A program made the translations under genes and the position numbers. A DNA stretch of 64,000 nucleotides from Guillardia theta CCMP2712 (lineage: Eukaryota; Protista; Cryptophyta), in the NCBI RefSeq assembly GCF_000315625.1, contig NW_005434643.1, positions 66,212-130,211 on the forward strand. The letters are read 5' to 3'. Under the pieces are notes generated by a model. It did not search any database. It saw only the letters and a list, made by a program, of their open reading frames with translations, and was not told the DNA's origin. Positions 11,321 through 23,674 of this stretch are shown here, in pieces; positions within the stretch are counted from its first letter, which is position 1, and each line of letters opens with the position of its first letter.

Positions 11321-14300
11321 ATGGCTAAGTTGCATTCCTCTGACAGCTTTCTCTAAAGATGGGAAGGGCACTGGTTCAGATCGACTTCACTATCCCTTAA
11401 CTCCGCGGATCGTCCTGCTGTAAGAAAGACATGTCGAACCATCTCCTGGTAGGAGAGATCGTGACGGAGGAGCAAATGGTGCACATCATCCACTCGGACG
11501 ACTGGTTCAAACGTACCCCCAGCAACCCTTCTAGTTCCCACACTAGCAAGAGCAAGTTTGGGGGCCTTCTCGGAGACATATCCCATGCGCTTCGCAGTCT
11601 AGTCTCCAACCAGAAGTCTTCAGCACAACGGAAAGTCGACACGGTCAGCCCTCCATGGCGGCAAGCCTACACCCCGGGCAAGCAGAGGCAGGAGGCTAGT
11701 CCCGCTGTTTCTCCTCGCAGCACAGGAGACGACCAATGGTTGAACCGCAATGGCCCGTGGGATACCAACATTCTGATGCTGGCTAGGCGCGGGTTCTTCT
11801 ACAAGGAGAGGCAAGCGGATGTAAGAGTTGGACGTGAGCGAAGTCTGCGATGTGACGAGCTGTTGTTGTGCAGGGGAGGGAGGAAGCAGACCTGAAGCCG
11901 AGGATATCAGATTCTTTGTTGATGCAGAAGATTAGCTATCTCTCCGATGTCCGCCACAAGCTCTCCAAGTTCGGTGCTCCTCCCCAGACCATCGCTGATC
12001 TGGAGCAGAACATCCTTTCTCTTCAGAGGGTACAGCAGGCCATGATTGTACTCCGCAACAGGAACTCATTGGATTACATTCAAAACCTTTCAATGTCTTC
12101 CACGTCACATGCTCATCTGAAATCATCCCATGAGAGAGATAGCAAAGACGACCATCATCATCAAGTCTCTCCCTTAGTTGGACCGTCGACCTCCCCCCAG
12201 GTTTGCACACCATGTTTCTTTCGCGGCCCTTGTCCTGATCACAATCGAATTGAAGGTCGAGGCCTCGATCATACTGGTCAATCCCGATACAACAGACCAA
12301 CGGAATGCGTTCAGGAGCAAGCAGGCGGTAGTTTGCAAGAGTCTCTATTCTTCTCTGAGAGCTATGGTCTTGCCAGGTTGCTTTCAGCCGTATGGACGAC
12401 ATGTCAATCGGGTTGGGAAAGATTGAGTACGAAAGAAACAGACCCAATCAAAGCAGCGTGGAAGAATCTCCTATTCCGCGTGCTGAAGTAGAGAGAAATG
12501 CTCTACAAGGAGCCACCTTGGGCCTGGGGAAGATGAGCTACGAGTGTACGCTCGACGTCAATCCGTCTCAACTCGCGGGTACTCCTTCCTGACCTGCCTC
12601 CTCGTGCCCCTCCTCCTTTTGACCTGATGAACAGGAGAGCACAAGGCCCGGCCAGTTGAGCATAGAGGATATGAATCTTACGTCCGTGAACCCAGCACGG
12701 GCGAGGCGTCGCAGCGACAGCCTCCAACGCGTTCGCCATTGCAACCCAAGGTTTCCCCGAGAGGATGGAACTTCGAAGTCTACCCGACGATCGCGAGTTT
12801 ACAGATTTCCCCGCGTGAAACCTTCTCCAACGAGCTTGAAACAACTCCAAGTCAACAACCTCAATCCAAATTCACAAGCTTCGTGCCTGAACGCCGGGGG
12901 CAGAGTCTTCCTCCCACCTTCCCTAATTCCTCTTTCCAACCCCGGCTTCCCTCTCCCCCTCCTACCAACGCTTCCCCTCTCCCTTCTTCTTCCCCTCCCC
13001 CTCCCCTTCCCCTTCTTCCCCCAATGTCTCCTTCATTGGAATTTCGAAAAGAGGCGTCTGCGGTCAGCCATCAACCAACGGCCTCGGTTGCGAACTTAGA
13101 GGGAAAGAGGTTGTCCGATGAACCAATTTCATCCACTGCTACAAGAGCAAGCGTTGAACAGCAAGTTGATACTCCATCTCGTTCCCAGCGCGCAGACGAT
13201 GTGCAGCACAAGATTTCATCGAGGCAAGGAATGACAACCCCGAAAACATCAGCTGCTGCGATATCGAAGAAGAGCGATGGTTTTGAACAGGAGCAGAAGC
13301 CATCAGAATCGGTGCCGCAAAGAGAAACAGAAAAATCGGAAGGAACAAAGTCGACAAGTTCTCCCGCAAAGTTGCAGCACAAGTGGCCTCCTCAACCAAC
13401 GAGCACCAACAGCAGCACAACCGCTGGAAGATCTCAAAACCTCTCTGACCTGACTGCTTCCAGCACCTCACTGGCGGCAAGCGAAGAAAGAAATGATCCC
13501 AAAGTAAGGGCATTAGAAACGAGGGATGTAAAACGGACGGCAGTCACGCCTTCTACCACGGGACTTGCGCAAGAGCAGCCTGGGGGCATGCTTGAAGCGA
13601 AGGCCAGGTCTGAGCGGCTGATTCATTCGGAGAAAGGTGAGGGAGATCCATTGCCCAGTGGCAAGGCACGTACGTCACCCTTAGGAAGGGTTGAGCTACG
13701 AGAGCAGAAGGTCGAGCATCCAGCTCGGTCGGCCAACACGGTCAGGGAAGCGAATTCAGCCGCAGCTCTAGCACCACAACAACCACCGCGACAACCACCA
13801 GGAGGCAGACAAGAATATCCTGCTCCGTCAGTAAGCAAGGACGAGGCAGCAACACCAGTGCAACCGCCACCCCAGGCTCCAGGACCAGGGCAAGCTCCGC
13901 CTATACCAAAAGGAGGAGAAAGAGGAGGAAGATACAACATAGAGCATCCAGTTCCATCGGCAAGCATAGGTCAGACAGCAGCAACACTTGCAAAGGTGCC
14001 ACCACCAGTACCAGCACCAGCACCAGCACCACTTTCTCCTGCAGCACCAGCACCAGCACCAGCACTAGCACCGGCAACAGCACCAGCAGCTGCTCCACTT
14101 TCTCCTGCAGCACCAGCACCGACAACAGGAGGCACACAGGACCAGCTTGCACCGTCAGCAAGCAAAATAGAGAAAGCAGCTCCATCTTCTCCAGCTCCTC
14201 CAGCTTCAGTGCAAGCTCCAGCTCAAGCTCCAGCTCCAGCTCCTGCTCCAATGCAAGCTCCTGCTCCTGCTCCTGCTCCTGCTCCAATGCAAGCTCTAGG

Positions 14301-16896
14301 AACAGGCGATGTAGAGCATCATGCTCCGTCAGCAAACAGAGTAGAGAAAGCAGCGTCTTCAGCTCTAGCTCAAGCTCCAGCTCCACCTCCTGCTCCAGCT
14401 CTAGCTCAAGCTCTAGCTCTAGCTCCAGCTCAAGCTCCAGCTCCTGCTTCAGAAACAGGCGATGTAGAGCATCATGCTCCGTCAGCAAGCAAAATAGAGA
14501 AAGCAGGGTCTTCAGCTCAAGCTCCTGCTCCAATGCAAGCTCCTGCTCAAGCTCCAGCTCCAGCTCCATCTTCTCCAGCTCAAGCTCCTGCTCCAATGCA
14601 AGCTCCTGCTCCAATGCAAGCTCCTGCTCCTGCTCCTGCTCCTGCTCCAGCTCTAGGAACAGGCGATGTAGAGCATCATGCTCCGTCAGCAAGCAAAATA
14701 GAGAAAGCAGCTCCATCTTCTCCAGCTCCAGCTCCAGCTCCAGCTCAAGCTCCAGCTCAAGCTACTGCTCCAGCTCCTGCTCCAGCTCAAGCTCCTGCTC
14801 CTGCTCCAGCTCTAGGAACAGGCGATGTAGAGCATCATGCTCCGTCAGCAAGCAAAATAGAGAAAGCAGGGTCTTCAGCTCAAGCTACAGCTCCAGCTCC
14901 AGCTCCAGCTCCAGCTCCAGCTCCAGCTCCAGCTCCTACTCAAGCTCCAGCTCAAGCTCAAGCTGCAGGAGAAGGCAAGGTAGAGCATCCCGTTTTATCG
15001 TCCACGAAGGTCGAGACAGCAGAGGGAAGGGGGGAGGACAAGGACGGAGACGTTTCAAGGAACAACGCATCGGCAGCGAGCAGCAGAGTCGATCGACAGC
15101 CAGTTTCCATCGCTCAGGAGATCCGTGTCCGAAGGTCCAAGGAGCCGAACATCTTCAAGGACTTTCCAACGTCAAGAGATCGCAACATGCATCAAGGGAG
15201 CAGGGAAGACGAAGCAGACAAGGTCGACCCCACAAGATTCTCTCGCAAGAAAGACAACAATCACGATCCAGACCGAACCTCGTCCGGTGCGACTGACCCT
15301 CCCCGCCCGCCTCACTTCCTCCTCTTCCTTGCACAACCTCCTTCTCTCTCGTTACACTTCTGGCAAACCCTATTCCCCAACTCGCTCCTCCCTCCTCCCT
15401 TCTCCCTCCTCCCTCCTCCCTCCTCCCTCCTCTTTCCCTCTCCCCCACCTTTCCCCCTCGGGTGGCTGACTCAATCTCCATCAGCAGGCAGCCAGCACAG
15501 CCAGCACAGCAGAAGTTCCTTGCAAGGAGGATTGCCACGTGGTGAATTACGTCTCCTCCAATGTGCCTCAGGACTCACTTGTTGTCCTCCACAGATGCTT
15601 CCTCCGCTGACCGAGCGGGCAGGGCTCGGGGCAAACCCTCCGACGCGGAGCTGAAGCAGCAGCAGATGGAGATGCTCGCGCGTTTGAAGCAGGTCACCTC
15701 CCTCGTCAGCAGACCTTCTCCCAAGCCCGCAGCTGCTCGGACTCCTCCTCCTCAGCCTGTCAAAGATCGCCCCCCAGCTGCACTTGAGCAGGGACGTGCG
15801 GCCTCGGAGACCCCACAGGGAGCAGCAGAGAGGACGAGAAGGGAGACTTCGACTCCCGAGCCCTCCTTGAACTTGTCGCCCCTCGGCGGGTCAGGCGGCA
15901 CCCAGCCTGTTCGCTCCCCCAGGATGGCTCGAAAGTCACCTCGAGCAGAAAAGCGCAAGTCAGAAGCTCTCCATCCCCTCCCCTCCCTCCCTCCCTCCCT
16001 CCCTNNNNNNNNNNNNNNNNNNNNNNNNNNNNNNNNNNNNNNNNNNNNNNNNNNNNNNNNNNNNNNNNNNNNNNNNNNNNNNNNNNNNNNNNNNNNNNNN
16101 NNNNCCCTCTCTCTCCTTCTCCTTTTCTACCTCTCCTTCTACCTCCTCCTTCCTCTTCTCTTCCTCCTCTCCTCTTCTTCCCTTCCTCTTTGATTGCTCA
16201 TCTCCTTCCTTCCTCGACTGTTCTTCTCCTCACTCTTTCGGCAGCCGGCAAGCCTGGAGAGCCAGTAGGGATCGGCATCTCCTTCGCGCAGGACAAGAGA
16301 GGCTTCATGGTGGTGACCAGCGTTCACGGGACGGTAGGAGGAGCGCAGCGAGCAGCAACCTCAACTGACTTGATGAAGATGGCAAGGGATGAGTTGAACC
16401 CCTCGGACGTTATCCTCGCCGTCGACGATATGCCTGTGACAGGGCTGAACATTAACGGTCCCCTCCTCCTCGCCATCCTGACTTCCGCTCCACACAAGAC
16501 CTGCTTCCCTCCCCTCTTGCATTCTTCCTTCCTCTCCTACCTGACTCTTCCTTGCTCTCCTCCTCCTTTTCTCTCCTCCTCCCGCTTCTCCTCCCCCTCC
16601 TGATCCTTCAAGGAGCCCTTCCCTTCCTCCAGAGGTCCTTACGACATGCCGCAGAGGTCGTGAAGCTGATCAAGGGCGACCAGGGGACGCGCGTCCGCCT
16701 CAAGGTACTACAGGATCCAGAGGCGAAGAACCTCGAGCACGGCGAGCTCTTGCGTGTGGCTCGCAAGGCGACTACTTTCACTCAGGAGGCTGCACCCAAG
16801 GAGGAGGAGGAGGAGGAGGAGAACTCTGTTCAGCAACAGAAGGAGACGAGCGTCTCGCAGGCTCAGTGGGCAAGGCAGCAGCTAGGATTCATGTGA
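11321..16896 (+). CDS. Large multi-exon protein with an Ala/Pro-rich repeat region and a C-terminal PDZ domain (start and single-gene status uncertain)
   Basis: Long coding exon within ORF 12739-15654. PDZ exons PVGIGISFAQDKRGFMVVTSV, LNPSDVILAVDDMPVTGLNIN and EVVKLIKGDQGTRVRLKV; TGA at 16894-16896; gap at 16005-16104 lies in an intron. Confidence 0.65.
13930..15010 (+). repeat. Coding minisatellite: GTGDVEHHAPSASKIEKA units separated by (AP)n/(QAPAP)n spacers
   Basis: Four near-identical DNA copies at ~14297, ~14451, ~14653 and ~14813, plus degenerate flanking copies. Confidence 0.9.
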
Positions 16897-17043
16897 AGCG
16901 TGGATGAGAGGGGGATGGAGAGCGAGAGGATAGGGTAGTGTATTCTATGGGCTGATAATCAAGAAATATTCATTCAAGGTTAAAACTCATGTTGCAAGGG
17001 AATCTGATCCTCCCCACTAGTCTACAAGTCCCTTCATATCCTA

Positions 17044-17880
17044 TCACGCGTATCCTTGCAAGCAGTAGTCATACTCCTCCTCCTCCTCGTCCAAGATAGA
17101 AATCTGCTGCTGCTCGTGCGCCAACCTCGCGTCCTCCCCTTGGACGAGGCGTGTGAAGGTAGTGAATCTCCTATACTTCTTCCTGAGAGGAGGGAAGTTT
17201 CTCCTGTGCAGCTCCCTCTGCAGCTCTTCGATCCTGCGGCCTATCCCCTCGTACACGTTCATCCTCTCTGTCTGCGAGGACAAGAGGTCATCAACCCCCT
17301 GCTGCACGCTGTTGAGGTAGTACTTCTGGATGCTGCTGTGATTGCAGATCTTGTACTCGAGGTCTGTTCTTTGCCTGTCCTTCTCTGCCTGCATGTCCAC
17401 CTCCAGCTGTGAGATCTTCGACTCTATGCTGCTGTACAGCTGCAACCTGAGCATCCTGGAGTACGCTAGCTTCTCTAGGCTACACTCTGCCTTGTGGTAA
17501 TTCCTTTCCTCCTCCTCCTGCCCGATCTGACTCGCACGGGGAGTTTCTTGGGCAGAGAGGATCGAGGCGCACGAGCCGTACATATTCTGCAGGGGCGTCA
17601 CACAATCTTCATCCACCATGTCGTCGTGGCAACCATCGAAACAGCACATGCTGGAGTTTGGTGAACATCCATCGAACATGAGGAGGTCGTCGAAACTCGC
17701 ATGATCACAGACACAAGTCATCGTTGAGGTGTTGATGGAGTCGAACTGACACCAGTCATGCTCCTCCGGGGCCGTTCTCCCGCAGTAGTCTTCATCCATC
17801 ATGCTGTCTTCGGCGTCGGGTGTCCTCTTCAGCAGCAAACCCACATCAGCTGATATGGTAATGACCGACGGAGGTTTCAT
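17044..17880 (-). CDS. Hypothetical protein, intronless, with a C-terminal coiled coil
   Basis: Uninterrupted 278-aa ATG-initiated ORF with coding-like composition; no family recognised. Confidence 0.7.
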   Translation of the reverse strand: MKPPSVITISADVGLLLKRTPDAEDSMMDEDYCGRTAPEEHDWCQFDSINTSTMTCVCDHASFDDLLMFDGCSPNSSMCCFDGCHDDMVDEDCVTPLQNMYGSCASILSAQETPRASQIGQEEEERNYHKAECSLEKLAYSRMLRLQLYSSIESKISQLEVDMQAEKDRQRTDLEYKICNHSSIQKYYLNSVQQGVDDLLSSQTERMNVYEGIGRRIEELQRELHRRNFPPLRKKYRRFTTFTRLVQGEDARLAHEQQQISILDEEEEEYDYCLQGYA

Positions 17881-19176
17881 CGCAATATCTTGCTTACTGC
17901 GTCTCCTTGCTGTCCTTCAGCAGTGTTGTACGTCTTTCTCTTCTTGATTACCCTCAATGCGCCAGTACGGGCGGTGATATCAGCAAGAAGTTCAAATCCC
18001 ACAAAATTCGGGAAATTGCGGCTTTTTGACAGATCAACAACAGCTTCTGTCCCCAATCGAAGCGGTCTCTCAAGAATGTCGAGAAGTGAATCTGTTGGTA
18101 AGATGTAGCTACACGCTGTTCTTTACTCCCTCCCCCCTCCTCTCTGCTTCTCCTTCCCTCCTCGTGCTGCCTTCAAATGCACACTGTTTCACACTTTTCG
18201 ATTCCGAGCCTAGTCGCATGCAGTACCCCCCCTTTTTGCTACCACCTACCAATATTAACTTCTACCCCACCCCTTCGACCCAGAACATCCTCTAAAGTAC
18301 CCGGTGCTTCTATCATCGAAGTCACCGGTGCAGCGTAAACCCCACCCCCACCATTTCACATTCACAACGACCCCACCCCTCATCCTCATCGTTTGCTCTT
18401 GTCATTCCTCATTATGCTCCTACCTGGGTCATCGACCGTCGGACTTACCACCCTACCCCCTCTGAAGGCTTCAACTTATTTTATCCTCTCTGGACCCCTC
18501 AAAATTACCGACAAATGATGGGGTCATCTGGCACTGTACCCCTCCGGAACGAATCGTAGGACACAGCGGCTGACTCGCCTAAACTGCCCCACCCCTACCC
18601 CCTCACTCAACTAGGGGTACCCCTTGTACCCTTTGCAGCAAACTAATTAAGTGCGGCCCCTTGACCGTTACCGAATGGGACCTCGAACGCGCAAATTTAT
18701 ATATAATATATCATAACACAAAAATATTATGAGAATTAGTGGCTGTTTTATGTATAAGATTCCTAGAGTACCCCTACTCTATTGTCATTATTATTGGGAA
18801 TTTATCCCCTTACATAAAGTGTTATGGAATTATATAAACTCCTTCGATCTATTACTGTCGGTTTCAAGAAGTTGATCGGTTTTTGTACCACCAGTGGTCA
18901 TCACCCTACCAGGGACTACAGAGATGAGGGGGTGGGGTGGGTCTGGATCGAATTTCCAATTCGGCCAAAAATAATTCCAGGGGTCACTCATCCGAGTGAC
19001 CCCTCACCCCTACCCCCTCTTTCCAATAGATAGCGCGGGGTACGACGGTACGACGACTCGTAACCAAAGGTTCTAGCTGCAACTGACCGGTACTTTTACC
19101 AATGAAGAACCCCACCCCCGACTACTCGATTCGGCATCCATCCGGGTGCAGTCGGGGCTTGCGGTGAACGTACTTG

Positions 19177-19201
19177 GTACTGATTTTTAACTTAACTTTG
19201 A
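19177..19201 (+). repeat. Left target-site duplication
   Basis: Identical to 23675-23699. Confidence 0.9.
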
Positions 19202-22200
19202 TTAAAACTTATAGTACTGGATTAGTGTCCGATCGGCCAACCGGGTGAGTCCGAGTGGCAACCGGCGGCGGCGTTTCGCCCGCGGGGCGGCGACGGAGCC
19301 TCGGAGGCTCGGAGACTGCCCGGATAATGGTTGGTAATGGCTGGGGGCCCCGAATGATGGGTTTTGAAATGGCGTGTAAGGAGAAATGCGCCTACTTGCC
19401 ACTTTCATTTCGGTGGTGACGGCGAGAGCGAGGGAACAGCGACAAGGGAAGCGTGAAGATCCGCTCTCACTTCCATCATCACTGTGAGACATCATGGCGC
19501 GGCACAAGCGGCCTGCCATCCTCCGTCATCACAGTTCTGTTGTTGATCCTCTACTGACTGGCACGCCGGGCTCGTCGTCCCACTTTCCTCATACAGGCCG
19601 TGTGTCCCAAGAGAGCTCCTCTGACTCTGAGCCACGCTCACAGCAGGAACCCCTACGGACTCCTGACATGCTGGAAGGGCAATCTCGTTCTGCAGCGTCT
19701 CCTCCGCAGGATGACTTTGCCTCCTCCGCCGCTGGATCTGGAGGAGGTTCGGGGAACCAAAGACCTCGGAAGCAGGCAAGATTTCGCCGATCCATCTCCC
19801 AGAGGACACCCACCGATCAGCCTACGGTCAATCCTACACCCCCACCGCCCCCTCCTCAACCGGCAAATCTTTTCCCAGAGGACACTGGCACGCAATCTAG
19901 CGCAGCGGCTTACTTTCATAATCTGCGTCCACAAGACATGCCTTGTGGTACGTCGAATTGGCACAGAGCCCTCCCTCTCTTTGCTCAACAGGGACCACAT
20001 AAGCTTCCGGCACTCCTGGCTCGTAATCCTTCCATTACAACCATCAAACACCCCAATCGCCAGACGATTGATAAATGGAAGAGTGCGCTACAGTTTACGT
20101 TAGACCTGCTACAAGGTTACCCTGACTTGCATTGCGAGGAAGCTAAGATTATCCGGAGCTTGTGGCATTGTCTCCCACTGCTCTTGCTGAGAGTGAATCC
20201 AGTTCTTGCAATCTCGCGACAAAATCGAGATGTGAGCTACCGTATCCACCATTTCCTCCAAGGGCGTTGGGAGACACTGCTGAAACTAGAAGAGGGTGTT
20301 TCCTTTGACCAAGACGGCCAAGCGGTTGGCAGCGATGGAGCTCCGCAGGATGTCACGCAGCAGCCCACGGCGGGACTAACGGGGTCGGGACGAGGCACGA
20401 GACCGCGGGCACCGCAAGGTAGGCGCCAACAACCTAACCGTCAAAATGCAGGTCGCCCACAAGGACTTGACCGTGCGAGAGAGGGCGTGCAGCAGCCAGT
20501 GATGGAGAGCGAGCAGTTGGAGAAAAAGAAAATCCTCTCGGCTGTTGAGCATTACCAAAATCGGGATATGAAGAAAGCTCGACAGGCGCTTGTGGGCCAT
20601 GGCCTCTCCCCAGATCCATTTGAGCAGCTATGGCAGCAAACTCGTGAGAAATTTCCGATGAGACTGGACCCCATTCCTCCAACGCTCCTAGACGCAGTCG
20701 GCTCCTCAAGGCAAATGCTAAGTGCTCAGCTCGACGATGCCATCGCCGATGAACCGGCCTCATTGCTTGACAAGATTTTAGATCAGCGAGAGGTAGGGAA
20801 ATTCCTGCGGCGATTCACTGCTTCCTCGGCCCCTGATCAATTTGGTTGGCGACCGTTCCAGCACCTGCGACACATTCTCAGACTGCATGATGATCACAAA
20901 CAGCGATACATTAACCTCATATTGAAGCCGATCGCGCTGGGAATCCCTTCGGGCGCTTTCCTCGAGGAATACACCAGAGGGGGGCGATTCATTCCTGCTG
21001 CCAAGTCAGTGGAAAAGAGCGGAATCCGACCTATTGTGATAGGGGACCTGGAGCGAAGGATTGTGTCTAGCATCTTCTGTCGTTTCTACCGAAAATCTTT
21101 GGAGAGCCACTTCACCCTCAGTCACTCTCGGGTCCTGCAATTTTGCGTGGGTCTGGAGGAAGGTTGCCTCAAATTTTGCAAGACCATCGAATGCCTGTTA
21201 GGACCCCATTCTTTTGCCAACCCATTCACAGACCAGGGCGAAGGTGAGTCTGATAATTTTGATCCCACGGTAATCATCATGATCGACGCAAGAAATGCCT
21301 TCAATGAGATCTCTCGCCAACGGCTATTTGACATCCTCCTTGCTCCCGAGCATCGTTGTGAGAACTTTTCCCAAGGAGTCCTTCCGTATGTCCATCAATA
21401 TTATGGCCAGGCAGGTAAGTTATTTCTGAAACATCAGCGAGAGACTCGGGCTTTTTCGGCCACCACGGGAGTTTCTCAGGGTGACCCCTTGGCGATGGCT
21501 CTCTTTGCGCACACCACCTTCCCTTCCCTGGTCAAAGTTGCAGAGACCTTTCCCGACTGTGTCTTCCCGGCCTATGCGGATAACATGGCTGTTATTGGAA
21601 AGCTCTCAGTTGCCGCACAGGCCACTGCATCGCTGGTTGATACTTTAAAACAAGAGCTAGGATTGGAGATTCAACCCAGGGATTCGCAGATATTCTCCTC
21701 GTCCTGGTGTGAACTTCAATCTAGTCAGCAACAAGCCATCCAAGAGCATATTTGCAGTAGGTACCCGGGCTTGCAGCAGTTTGCCTTCCGCGGCCAGGGG
21801 ATCATCCTGGGAGGTATCCCGATAGGATCTCAGTCCTTCCAGCAAGAGTTTATTACTGCCAAGGTGAATGCCCTCAATGCTGAATTGACCCAGTTGGAAC
21901 AATTTCCCATTGCGTTGGGTCTCAAGCAGCTCTTGAAAACGACCCACGTTCCCACCCTCCAATATTTCTTGCGTGGAATCTCCCCGGCCTTGACCGCTGC
22001 CCAGTGCAAGTGCTTTGACGTCGCGAATCTCCGTCTCCTGGCGAAGGTGTTTCAGTGGCCACAGAACCAGGCACAGGAGGGTTCATCTGTCCTGCAACCT
22101 GCCCCTGGCACCCCTCCATCTGACCTTCAGTTCGCCTACTTCAAACGTCAGTTGCCTTATAGTGCTGGAGGAGATGGGTTCACCCCGCAGGAGGGCGTGG

Positions 22201-23674
22201 CCTACACCGCATTCTGGTCGGCGACTGCCAAGTTTCTCAAATGGGCGGGCGAAATTGCCATCTTCCAGCATTGGACTTTCCCTACACCGCCACTCTTCCA
22301 CCGGATCAGTCCTGACACTGAGCTTCGAATCCGCCAACCGCAGCAAGCGGACGCTGGGGATGTTGTCCCCATGCTTGCTGCCTTCTTGGACACTCACAGG
22401 CACTTGATGGAGCAGGGCATCTCGGCGTACACCTCCTTGGCGGAGCTTCCTCAGGCGTGCGACAATGGCTGGATCCCCTCGCCTGAATTATTTGGGACGT
22501 CGGGCAGTGTGCTTTTCATCCCCGCCCAGCGGGAGCTCACGGCTCAGTTCCTCTCGGAGTTTCCTCGGTTCCGCAGTATTCGGGCTCACCTTTCAGAGCG
22601 CCAGAGATCTTTGTTGGCACACCACTCCAGCTTCTCTACTCCCCTTCGAGTACCAGGCCACCCGGTTGATGAACTTCTGTCTCAGTTTACCCCTCAGCGC
22701 ACGATTTGGCACTCGACTATGGAAAGTACAAACCTTGGGATCTTTGAGCAGCAGCCCATCAGCTTGGTGGCTGCCGCTGACAAGTTTCTTCATGGTTTGC
22801 CGGTTGACCTCCCGCCGCACTGCGATCGATGCCATCATCTTCTCCGTCATCCTGGGGGGACCACACACATGGCAACCTGCAGGCACCGCAGCCAGTTATG
22901 GACTGATGCGCATGAGAAGTGCAATGCCGTCCTCAGTACCCTCATCAAAGATTCCGGAGTGAGATGCCGCGTCCACGTGCAAGGCGTACCCGGCACCAGG
23001 CAGAACGTTTCCCAACATGGCCCGGAAGATCATCATGTAGGGGACTTTGAACTTCCACAACTGATGGCTACTGGCGGCGGATGGCATGGGTTAATCCTGG
23101 ACTTCAGCATGTCACATGTGTTTGACAATGATGGAATACCGGACCTCGCTCGGAGCAAACTGCAAGCGGCAGCACAGCGGAAGATCCGAGGGCATCGTAA
23201 TGCATATGCTCAGCACGTCCCGCCAAAGGCCTTTCTTCCCATCATCGCCAGCACTGATGGCCTCTTGCAGGACGATGCGTTGCGCTTTCTGTGGTGGCTG
23301 GCGGATCGCTCGGCGAACAAGGAAACGGCAGCGCTGGATGGTCTCTCGGCCTCGCAAGACGTCTCAGGTGATCCGACTTGCAAACGCATTCGGTCCAGGA
23401 TCTTCCGTCAGCTCAAGGCCTCCCTGTCCTACGCTGCCATCATCGCGGGTGCATCCCGGTATGCGTCTCATTCCTTCGGCGGCGGCCACCGCGACATCGC
23501 TGGCATGGCCGCGCGGGGGACTTGTCCTGCGCGCCGTTAAGTGAAGGTATCAGTTAAGTTTGGGGGACAGCAGTCGGCAGGATTAGGTTTGGTTCTCGCT
23601 GTCTTTCTCTTCTCGCCGTTTGGCCTGTGCGACAGTGTCAGGGTCATGCCTCCTCGACTCTCATTATTGTCCTC
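19202..23674 (+). mobile_element. Non-LTR retrotransposon of the RLE type, CRE/SLACS-like; apparently full length, no poly(A) tail
   Basis: Single intronless 1348-aa RT-RLE ORF, flanked by the identical 25-bp direct repeat GTACTGATTTTTAACTTAACTTTGA at 19177-19201 and 23675-23699. Confidence 0.92.
19494..23540 (+). CDS. Reverse transcriptase - CCHC zinc knuckle - restriction-like endonuclease polyprotein
   Basis: RT motifs SAPDQFGW, SGIRPIVIGDLERR, IDARNAFNEISR, GVSQGDPL, YADN and ILGGIPIG. Zinc knuckle CDRC-x11-H-x3-C. RLE-like motifs HVGDFE, LDFSMSH, AAQRKIRGH and FLPIIASTDG. Confidence 0.93.
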   Translation: MARHKRPAILRHHSSVVDPLLTGTPGSSSHFPHTGRVSQESSSDSEPRSQQEPLRTPDMLEGQSRSAASPPQDDFASSAAGSGGGSGNQRPRKQARFRRSISQRTPTDQPTVNPTPPPPPPQPANLFPEDTGTQSSAAAYFHNLRPQDMPCGTSNWHRALPLFAQQGPHKLPALLARNPSITTIKHPNRQTIDKWKSALQFTLDLLQGYPDLHCEEAKIIRSLWHCLPLLLLRVNPVLAISRQNRDVSYRIHHFLQGRWETLLKLEEGVSFDQDGQAVGSDGAPQDVTQQPTAGLTGSGRGTRPRAPQGRRQQPNRQNAGRPQGLDRAREGVQQPVMESEQLEKKKILSAVEHYQNRDMKKARQALVGHGLSPDPFEQLWQQTREKFPMRLDPIPPTLLDAVGSSRQMLSAQLDDAIADEPASLLDKILDQREVGKFLRRFTASSAPDQFGWRPFQHLRHILRLHDDHKQRYINLILKPIALGIPSGAFLEEYTRGGRFIPAAKSVEKSGIRPIVIGDLERRIVSSIFCRFYRKSLESHFTLSHSRVLQFCVGLEEGCLKFCKTIECLLGPHSFANPFTDQGEGESDNFDPTVIIMIDARNAFNEISRQRLFDILLAPEHRCENFSQGVLPYVHQYYGQAGKLFLKHQRETRAFSATTGVSQGDPLAMALFAHTTFPSLVKVAETFPDCVFPAYADNMAVIGKLSVAAQATASLVDTLKQELGLEIQPRDSQIFSSSWCELQSSQQQAIQEHICSRYPGLQQFAFRGQGIILGGIPIGSQSFQQEFITAKVNALNAELTQLEQFPIALGLKQLLKTTHVPTLQYFLRGISPALTAAQCKCFDVANLRLLAKVFQWPQNQAQEGSSVLQPAPGTPPSDLQFAYFKRQLPYSAGGDGFTPQEGVAYTAFWSATAKFLKWAGEIAIFQHWTFPTPPLFHRISPDTELRIRQPQQADAGDVVPMLAAFLDTHRHLMEQGISAYTSLAELPQACDNGWIPSPELFGTSGSVLFIPAQRELTAQFLSEFPRFRSIRAHLSERQRSLLAHHSSFSTPLRVPGHPVDELLSQFTPQRTIWHSTMESTNLGIFEQQPISLVAAADKFLHGLPVDLPPHCDRCHHLLRHPGGTTHMATCRHRSQLWTDAHEKCNAVLSTLIKDSGVRCRVHVQGVPGTRQNVSQHGPEDHHVGDFELPQLMATGGGWHGLILDFSMSHVFDNDGIPDLARSKLQAAAQRKIRGHRNAYAQHVPPKAFLPIIASTDGLLQDDALRFLWWLADRSANKETAALDGLSASQDVSGDPTCKRIRSRIFRQLKASLSYAAIIAGASRYASHSFGGGHRDIAGMAARGTCPARR

